From Gemmatimonadales bacterium (lineage in GTDB: Bacteria > Gemmatimonadota > Gemmatimonadetes > Gemmatimonadales > GWC2-71-9), in NCBI GenBank assembly GCA_039794085.1, contig JBDIWC010000077.1:1-13979 (forward strand): a stretch of 13,979 nt of DNA, in the 5' to 3' direction. Shown here in pieces: positions 1 to 6,196 of this stretch. Position 1 is the stretch's first letter. Each line of letters opens with the position of its first letter. The position numbers and the translations under genes are program-made. The notes below the pieces were generated by a model, which worked only from the letters and a program-made list of their open reading frames with translations, ran no database searches and had not been told where the DNA came from.

Positions 1-72
1 AACGAGACCGCGGAGGGAGCCACACCGGACCACGAAGGCCAGGTGTCGGGCCGCATCTGGTCTTGGGAGTAG
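1..72 (+). CDS. possible 3' end of an upstream CDS (partial)
   Basis: Frame 1 is open from the window edge (NETAEGATPDHEGQVSGRIWSWE) to TAG at 70-72 with GC-rich third positions; too short to identify. Confidence 0.3.
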   Translation, partial: NETAEGATPDHEGQVSGRIWSWE

Positions 73-162
73 GAACCCCGCAGACCGCGAGCATACCCGG
101 GCAGTATCTGTGGCTCCGAGTGTGTAAACCTCTTTGGTTCCGGCTCTGCCGGCTTAGGAAGT

Positions 163-275
163 AGGGAGCAGGGAGCAGGGAGCAGGAGATAGCGGCGACG
201 CCCAGCGTCGCCCGAGACCCGGATGTTCACGGTGTGGTCGGCGATAGAACGCAAGCGGTCGGCGGTCGGCGGTAG
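163..275. repeat. short heptamer tracts and REP-like hairpin
   Basis: AGGGAGC x3 at 163-183; GGCGACGC-cca-GCGTCGCC hairpin at 194-212; GCGGTCG x2 plus GCGGTAG at 255-275. Confidence 0.7.
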
Positions 276-317
276 CAGGCAGTTGGTCGCAGGAGCGTTT
301 TACGGGCCTGAAGAGTC

Positions 318-429
318 ATGTCCTATGTCCTATGTCCTACGTCCTATGTCCTATGTCCTATGTCCTACGTCCCACGTCCCACGTCCCACGTCCTACGTCC
401 TACGTCCTATGTCCTACGTCCTATGTCCT
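318..429. repeat. heptamer tandem repeat array, 16 x AYGTCCY
   Basis: Sixteen contiguous 7-mers (ATGTCCT/ACGTCCT/ACGTCCC) read directly, just downstream of the Uma2 stop codon. Confidence 0.95.
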
Positions 430-460
430 GGGGTGTCTGTCGGGGGCGGCGGGTGGTGCG

Positions 461-1072
461 CTACTGCCACTCGTCCTCGCCGTACTCCTCCCACTCCTCC
501 CCCACCGTAAGTGGGGGAAGGTTGATTCCCTCATAAATGTCCTCCAACGAGAGGGACGCCCCAAGTTCCGGGAGAGGAACCACCTCCTCCCCCGTCAGTT
601 CCCAGCGGGTCCATTCCTCCCCCGGCTTCCGGAGATAGGCCAGCACATGCCGACGCCGCTGGTCCACGATCAGATAGGCGGTGAGGGACGGCAACTGTTG
701 ATACGCAACGAGCTTTTCGCGACGATCCGTGCCCCGGGTGCTCGGGGAGGTCACTTCCACCACCAGGAGTGGCTCCTCGACCATCAGGTCCACCTGCGCC
801 GCCCGGCCGCACGCGATCATGATGTCGGGGTAGTAGACGTTGCTGCCCGCCTTGAGCTTGATATCTGAGGCGAAGACCTGGCAGCGAGGAGGACGTGCCA
901 TCGGGTGAAGGTGGCGCGCCAGGTTGAGCGTAATCAGGTTGTGGCGCGTGGTGGCCCCCGCCATGACGCAGGCTTCCCCCGCCACGTACTCGTGCTTGAG
1001 GGGGCTCCGCTCCTCGAAGGAGAGGTATTCCGCGAGCGTCATCGAACGCCCAGTGGGATGAATCCGGTCCAT
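461..1072 (-). CDS. Uma2 family (DUF820) PD-(D/E)XK-fold putative endonuclease
   Basis: Family-typical segments MTLAEYLSFEE..KHEYVAGE..MAGATTRHN, YYPDIMIAC, P.LVVEVTSPST...DRREK...Y..LPSL..YLIVD. Start placed at ATG 1072 (alternative 1042); the longer ORF start at 1192 runs through repeats. Confidence 0.93.
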   Translation of the reverse strand: MDRIHPTGRSMTLAEYLSFEERSPLKHEYVAGEACVMAGATTRHNLITLNLARHLHPMARPPRCQVFASDIKLKAGSNVYYPDIMIACGRAAQVDLMVEEPLLVVEVTSPSTRGTDRREKLVAYQQLPSLTAYLIVDQRRRHVLAYLRKPGEEWTRWELTGEEVVPLPELGASLSLEDIYEGINLPPLTVGEEWEEYGEDEWQ

Positions 1073-1077
1073 GGCCG

Positions 1078-1107
1078 AGCATACGCTCGGCGGGGCCGAG
1101 TGCGCAA
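1078..1107 (-). promoter_or_regulatory. putative sigma70 promoter of the Uma2 gene
   Basis: Minus strand TTGCGC (1107-1102), 18-nt spacer, TATGCT (1083-1078), then 5 nt to the ATG at 1072; no Shine-Dalgarno. Confidence 0.5.
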
Positions 1108-1118
1108 GGGGGGGGATC

Positions 1119-1259
1119 GTAGGCGGTAGGCGGTAGGGGCAGGTACTGGCTGTTGGGTACCGGGTACTGGGTGTTGGGGGCCCAACACCCAAAGCCCAGG
1201 ACCACTACCTGGCAGGGCGGAAAGGAGTTTGGTGTTGGGCGGAAGGCGGTACGCGGTAC
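1119..1259. repeat. degenerate heptamer arrays with central inversion
   Basis: GTAGGCG x2 (1119-1132); TACTGGC TGTTGGG TACCGGG TACTGGG TGTTGGG (1144-1178) followed by inverted CCCAACA CCCAAAG CCCAGGA; 11-bp perfect inverted repeat 1168-1178/1181-1191; GCGGTAC x2 (1246-1259). Confidence 0.75.
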
Positions 1260-1295
1260 GAGGGGGTGGAGGGGCACAAAAACGCGGGGAACCTT

Positions 1296-1321
1296 GGAAG
1301 GCTCCGGGCCCGGAGCCTTCC
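1296..1321. repeat. 26-bp perfect palindrome (terminator-like or REP-like)
   Basis: GGAAGGCTCCGGG/CCCGGAGCCTTCC, 6 nt downstream of the HPt gene stop codon on the minus strand. Confidence 0.75.
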
Positions 1322-1327
1322 GGGGCT

Positions 1328-2032
1328 CTAGACACCTCCCGCTTTCTCTCCCCACTCCAGGGCGAGCCCCCGGTGCCGTGGAGCACCTTCAACCGGGCTG
1401 AAAAGAGCCCGCAGACGGCTGGCCACACTGCGAATCAGGCGAAGCCCGTGCCGGGCTCGATCGGCTCCTGAGTCATCCCCGTTCGCCCCCACGCCGTTCC
1501 CGTCCTCCGACCCCGGTTCCTCCGTTGCGAGAGCGCCGTTCTCGACACCTCCCGGCCCCGGCGGCGCCGTTCCCCTTCCGCGGGAAGACCCAGCGGACCG
1601 AAACGTTCCGCACGATCCTGAGGCCAACGCGACCCCCTCGGGGAGACAGGACTGCAGTCGGAGGAGCAACGGAGCCGGGTCATCCTCCCAGTGTTCTCCC
1701 TGAGTGAGTTGCCGGAAGGCGATCTCCATCGTGTCCACCAATTCCGTCAAGGCACGGCCCGCGTCGGGGCGAAAAGACACGGACCCGTCGCGCAGCGCAG
1801 CAACCACCTCCTCACCGGCGTGGGTGATGCCCACCAATCGCATGAGACCAAGGAAGCTGCTCGCTCCACACACGGTGTGAAGCCAAGTCAGTATCCGTTC
1901 AAGGCGCTTTCGGTCACCGTGGTTTCGCCGGAGAGCGGCCAGATCTCTCCTGATGCATGCCACGCCTCCCGTCCCCTCGAAGCCAAACTCCCGCAGCATT
2001 TCGTCGTGCCCCATGGTACCGTAGGTGATCAT
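1328..2032 (-). CDS. stand-alone HPt (CheA P1-like) domain protein with low-complexity C-terminal tail
   Basis: LERILTWLHTVCGASSFLGLMRLVGITHAGEEVVAALRDG resembles the CheA P1 consensus (IFR..HTIKG...FLG...L....H..E..L..LRDG); AGGAG upstream of the ATG; no kinase or CheW domain follows. Confidence 0.75.
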   Translation of the reverse strand: MITYGTMGHDEMLREFGFEGTGGVACIRRDLAALRRNHGDRKRLERILTWLHTVCGASSFLGLMRLVGITHAGEEVVAALRDGSVSFRPDAGRALTELVDTMEIAFRQLTQGEHWEDDPAPLLLRLQSCLPEGVALASGSCGTFRSAGSSRGRGTAPPGPGGVENGALATEEPGSEDGNGVGANGDDSGADRARHGLRLIRSVASRLRALFSPVEGAPRHRGLALEWGEKAGGV

Positions 2033-2308
2033 TGGCCCCCACTCCTGTGTGATCCAGTCCCGGCAGCGCCGGACGCCGGGACCGACCGTGATCGGACACC
2101 GTCGAGGTATACAGGCCTATCGGTTCACGGGGCCAGAACCTTGAGCCGGGCGTGTTGGGCGGATCGCCCGGGCCTCCCTTCCCCGGTCTTGATGCCCCGG
2201 GACAACGCCCAAGGCGAGGGATTACCCAAGGGGTGTGTTTCCTTCCGAGATCTCCGTCGTCTCCAATGTGAGTATGCAGACACCTGCTCCTCACCACGGG
2301 GAATTCGC

Positions 2309-2860
2309 ATGCACCACACGCTCGGATTGATGACCCTGGCTCTTGGCTCCGTGCTTCCCGTCTCTTTGTCAGGTCAGCCCCCCCCCGTTCCAGCCGCTGT
2401 CCTGGCGTCCCACCCGCGTGCCACCCTGCTCGGAGGCCTGGGCAATGCACTCGGCTGGCTCGGGGTGCAGGGGGAGGCGTACTTCGCCACCGGTAGGCTC
2501 TCCACCTTCGCTGGGCTGGGGTACACGCCGGACGTGGAACCGGGCGACCCCAGCGGGCTCACCGGCGCAACAGGGCTACGGGGGTACACCGGTGGCCGAC
2601 GTCACCGGGCATTCGTGGAACTGGGGATCTCACAGGTGGCCGTCGAGGTGGATCGGGCCTTCCAGCAGAATGGGACCATTCGGGAGGACGGACGTCGGCT
2701 CTACGGCCCCGGTCTCCAGCTCGGGTATCAGTATATGGCACACAGGGGGTTCACCGCCATGGTGTCCACGGGCGTGGGCTACATCCTGGCGGAGCCGCCC
2801 CAGGCCGCCTCCCGCTGGCAGCCTCTTCTTGGCCTGGGCTTCGGGTACACGTGGCGATAG
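2309..2860 (+). CDS. hypothetical secreted protein, probable small outer-membrane beta-barrel
   Basis: Hydrophobic signal peptide (LGLMTLALGSVLPVSLSG-Q), Gly/aromatic-rich alternating strands, C-terminal GLGFGYTWR resembling a beta-signal; start reassigned from the ORF-track 1691 to ATG 2309. Confidence 0.75.
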   Translation: MHHTLGLMTLALGSVLPVSLSGQPPPVPAAVLASHPRATLLGGLGNALGWLGVQGEAYFATGRLSTFAGLGYTPDVEPGDPSGLTGATGLRGYTGGRRHRAFVELGISQVAVEVDRAFQQNGTIREDGRRLYGPGLQLGYQYMAHRGFTAMVSTGVGYILAEPPQAASRWQPLLGLGFGYTWR

Positions 2861-2979
2861 GCCCCCGGCCGCCGTCTTTCGTCGAGCTGCGGTGCTCCCT
2901 CTCGTCGGCCCCTGGAAATGTGAGTAAACCTCCCCTCACCACACGAAGCCCGGATGAGCCCACCACATTTCGTGATGTA

Positions 2980-3049
2980 ACCACGAAAGGCACGAAAAGG
3001 CACGAAGAAGCAGGACCGCCCTTTCGTGTCATTCCGTGCATTTCGTGGT
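2980..3049. repeat. inverted triplets of 9-10 bp repeats (CACGAAA.. / ..TTTCGTG)
   Basis: ACCACGAAAGG CACGAAAAGG CACGAAG followed by CTTTCGTGTC ATTCCGTGCA TTTCGTGGT, between two convergent genes. Confidence 0.8.
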
Positions 3050-3160
3050 CAAAACAAATGTCGCCAGCAGACTCCCTCTTCAGCGTGCACCACGTGGTTC
3101 CCGTTTCTTCAGCGTCCCTCGGGGGAATCTGTGGTTCTCCTCTCGTCCGCCCCCTGGCTC

Positions 3161-5764
3161 CTACTTTTCCGCCTCCAAACCTGCCGCCAGCGCCTTGGCG
3201 ATCCGTGCCCGGCTCTCGGCCAGGTGAGCCCGGGTGTAGGCGTCAACCGTGTCCTGCCCGACGCGCTCCAGCCGGGCATCAAGTTCCACCAGGTGCCACC
3301 GCGCCACGGCCCGGGCGTCGGCCGGGGTTCGCTCCGGGGGATTCACAACCAGCGTCGTCATCCGGTCCAACCAGGCGCGCTGGAGGTCCCGCCGAGTGGC
3401 GCTCACATTGCGAGCCGTGGCGGCCCCGATCTCTGTCCAGATCGGCCCCGAGAGCCCCTCGAAGAGGTCGGGGATCGTTACCTGGGTTCCCGTGCCATAG
3501 CGGGTTTCCGCATCCCGAATCCGGGCCAGACGGTTCGGCTCGGTGAGCTGGGTGAGAACACCCCTCTGGAACGAGAGGAGTTGCTCATGCCACGGCAAGT
3601 CGATCCGGCCATTGAAGGTCCCGTTGCTGCCCCAATGCAGCATCCGGTTGGCCCCCATCCTCTGGAGGACATCCATCGGGACGGTCAGGGCATTCTCCGC
3701 GAAGACCCGTTCCTGGATCAACTGGAGCGCCGCCTCCTGTTCCACCTTCGGGATGCTCACGAACGGGAGCCGCCCGTTGGGATCCCCTGCGTGATCCCGA
3801 TTGATGTAGGCTCCGCCCAGATACTTGATCGCCGGGGCAATCGCCTGGGCGTATTGGTTCATGAGACTCATCCAGGCGCCGGTGACGTTGAAATACCCGG
3901 CGTTGTCGGTCAGGACCACATTGGGCAGGTCCTGCATGAAATCCCGGAGGAGTGCGGTGCGCTCCCGTCCCCACGCCAGCGGATCGGCGCCGAGGTCGCG
4001 TGTCGAGATGGTCGGATCGAGGGCACCTGGGCCCCCCGACTCCGCGTTGGTGCCGAAGAGGTGCCGGGGATTCGCCACCTCGCGGGCCAACGCCGCAGCC
4101 CGTGCGGGATCGGGAGTGTAGGCGAAGGAAATGGCCCACCGATCCCAGGAGCCAACCCCCGGGTTGTAGTAATAGCCCTGGGGTTGTCCCTTGGGCGCGA
4201 GGTTCAGCGCGTTGTACTCCATGGCGGAGGAGTAGATGCCGTTCTGCTCTGCCCAGCCCCGGTCATGCAGCTTGTCGTTAGGAGTGCTCGCCGAGGATCG
4301 GAAATTGTGTTGGAGACCAAGGGTGTGCCCCACCTCGTGCATCACAACGTCCTTCACCGCCGCGTCGAGGAAGGCGCGGGGCATCGGGTCGCCGGGCGCG
4401 AGGTCCCCCCGGGCCACCAGCGCCGTGCGCAGCAACGCCCCCTGCGACATGAACGATTCAGCGAATCCGGCCAGCTCAAGCCGTGGGTCCCCTTCCACCG
4501 GAGTGTACTCCCCGACGCCCAGCGCCTGCTCCAGCGCCTCCGCCGCCGTGACGGGAGCGGCGAGAGTCTTCCACGCGTTCCGGTACCCCAGGAACATGTT
4601 CGCCTCGAAGAGGATGTCGGCGTCGAGGATCTCACCGGTCCGGGGGTCGACAACCGAGGGTCCGATGGCGCCATACCCCGGTTGGTCGGAGACATTCCAG
4701 CGCAGGGTGGCGTACCGCAGATCCTCCGGGTCGGCTCCTTCCGGCAGATCAAGAGCACGAACGGCTCCGACCCATCCGGCGGCCTCGAATGCCGCGTTCC
4801 AGGCCTCGACGCCGGCCTTGAAGGCCCCGCGATACTCGGTCGGCACGTTGGGGTCGATGTAGTAGGTGATCGGGGTCCTGGGGCGCCACTTGTCTCCCAC
4901 GCGCTCTCCCTGCTCCAACCGCCACCGGTTCACGTACCGCACAAAGAACGTCGTGTCCTCCTGGCTGAAATCCTTGTGGACCGTCCAGAAGTTGCCTACA
5001 CGATCGTCCCCGGTGCGGGTCGCCATCGGTTGGGCGGGGAGCGCCGCCAAGGTGTAGTGGATCGCCACCGGGACATAGCGTCCATCGGGAACGGAGGAGA
5101 GGTTGACCGGCTCTGAGGGGCGGAACGTCAGTTTCGCACGGATGTTCACGTTGTTGGGGAATGCCTTGACGTGCTCCAGCCAGCTCCGGCCCCGGTCAAA
5201 GGTCACGGTAGCCAGACGACCGCCGGTCCCGAACGCCTGCCGCATGCGCTGGCCGATCCCGGAAAGGTCAGAGACGAACCAGTTGGTGACCTCGATCACT
5301 GCGGCGGAATCGTCGCGGAAGGACTCGATCTTCGCGGACTCGAGCACCGACGACCCGAAGGTCAGGTCGACGGCCCGGGCTGCGGCGGCATCCGAGGGTG
5401 CCCCGAAGCGGTGGGGACGCTGCACGAGGTACACCTGTGGTCCCTGTCGCAGGAGGGACACCATGCTCCCCTCGAAGATGTTGAGCATCGTCCCGCCGTA
5501 GAGACCATTCGCCCCAATGCCCTGGGCGATCTTGGCCTCCATGAGGAAGGGCTGCCCGAAACGGTCCGCGGTGACCGCCAAATAGAGTTTGTCATCCTTG
5601 GCGTAGAACTCGAAGAACCCGCTGTGGACGGTGGCCCCCTTGGTCAGCTCGGCGAACTCCTTGAGGGCATTCCCTCCACGGGCTTCGGGCGGGGCTTGAG
5701 ACGTGAGTGAGACGACGGGAGTTCCAAGGAGGGCGAGCAGTGCCCATGGAGCGGGTCGACGCAT
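3161..5764 (-). CDS. secreted zinc-dependent metalloprotease (DUF5118/DUF5117/DUF4953 type)
   Basis: Metzincin motif HEVGHTLGLQHNF, Met-turn SSAMEY, family segments DDRVG.F, YVNRWRLE, PITYYID, DPRTGEIL.ADI; signal peptide MRRPAPWALLALLG; RBS GGAGGA before ATG 5764. Confidence 0.93.
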   Translation of the reverse strand: MRRPAPWALLALLGTPVVSLTSQAPPEARGGNALKEFAELTKGATVHSGFFEFYAKDDKLYLAVTADRFGQPFLMEAKIAQGIGANGLYGGTMLNIFEGSMVSLLRQGPQVYLVQRPHRFGAPSDAAAARAVDLTFGSSVLESAKIESFRDDSAAVIEVTNWFVSDLSGIGQRMRQAFGTGGRLATVTFDRGRSWLEHVKAFPNNVNIRAKLTFRPSEPVNLSSVPDGRYVPVAIHYTLAALPAQPMATRTGDDRVGNFWTVHKDFSQEDTTFFVRYVNRWRLEQGERVGDKWRPRTPITYYIDPNVPTEYRGAFKAGVEAWNAAFEAAGWVGAVRALDLPEGADPEDLRYATLRWNVSDQPGYGAIGPSVVDPRTGEILDADILFEANMFLGYRNAWKTLAAPVTAAEALEQALGVGEYTPVEGDPRLELAGFAESFMSQGALLRTALVARGDLAPGDPMPRAFLDAAVKDVVMHEVGHTLGLQHNFRSSASTPNDKLHDRGWAEQNGIYSSAMEYNALNLAPKGQPQGYYYNPGVGSWDRWAISFAYTPDPARAAALAREVANPRHLFGTNAESGGPGALDPTISTRDLGADPLAWGRERTALLRDFMQDLPNVVLTDNAGYFNVTGAWMSLMNQYAQAIAPAIKYLGGAYINRDHAGDPNGRLPFVSIPKVEQEAALQLIQERVFAENALTVPMDVLQRMGANRMLHWGSNGTFNGRIDLPWHEQLLSFQRGVLTQLTEPNRLARIRDAETRYGTGTQVTIPDLFEGLSGPIWTEIGAATARNVSATRRDLQRAWLDRMTTLVVNPPERTPADARAVARWHLVELDARLERVGQDTVDAYTRAHLAESRARIAKALAAGLEAEK

Positions 5765-6058
5765 GGTTCCTCCGGCTCGTGCCGAGTTGAGGTTCAGGAC
5801 GATGGAGACGCGTGCTGCGTTTAGTGTCAGTGTGGACCAGGATGGTTGCTGGGCTCCCCAAAAACCCGACGTGGGTTCGGGCCCTGCGGTTTCAGGTTGG
5901 GAGACGGGGCATCGCCTCCGGCGGACTCGGCCTGCCACACCGGAGAGAGAACCTCCTCGAAAACCTCGTCCCGGCCTTCCCATGGTTCAAGCGGCCCCCC
6001 TCCCGAAATCGAAGCAGTCTCTTCAGGGATCGGCATGGGTTCATGTCCAGCCGAACCA

Positions 6059-6124
6059 CCTCGACCTCCTCGCCTCGCCGCGCCGCCGGGAGATCCTGCG
6101 GCTCCCTTGGCGCGCCGAGTGCTC
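6059..6124 (+). repeat. 66-bp direct repeat, left copy (ArsR-HTH gene fragment)
   Basis: 65/66 identical to 13627-13692; encodes LDLLASPRRREILRLPWRAECS, with no nearby in-frame ATG and no HTH continuation. Confidence 0.92.
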
Positions 6125-6196
6125 AGGTGCCTTGCACGCCCCCGGCGGGTCCAGCGCCCGCACCCGCACCGAGCGCGGCCGGTTCAGGCAGCGTGA

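Noticed and set aside
318..429. CRISPR array or repeat-coded peptides (ORFs 223..510, 318..536, 332..868)
   Set aside because: Units are 7 bp with no spacers and no cas genes; the MSYVL.. peptides are just translations of the tandem repeat.
1691..2308. N-terminal extension of the 389-aa ORF
   Set aside because: It overlaps the HPt gene on the opposite strand; a signal peptide begins at ATG 2309.
3026..5116. 696-aa plus-strand ORF
   Set aside because: Antisense shadow of the metalloprotease, expected in high-GC coding DNA; no recognisable motifs.
5765..6058. Protease N-terminal extension to 5983 and small ORF 5827..6036
   Set aside because: A strong RBS and signal peptide support ATG 5764; the small ORF has no recognisable family, though a gene remnant cannot be excluded.
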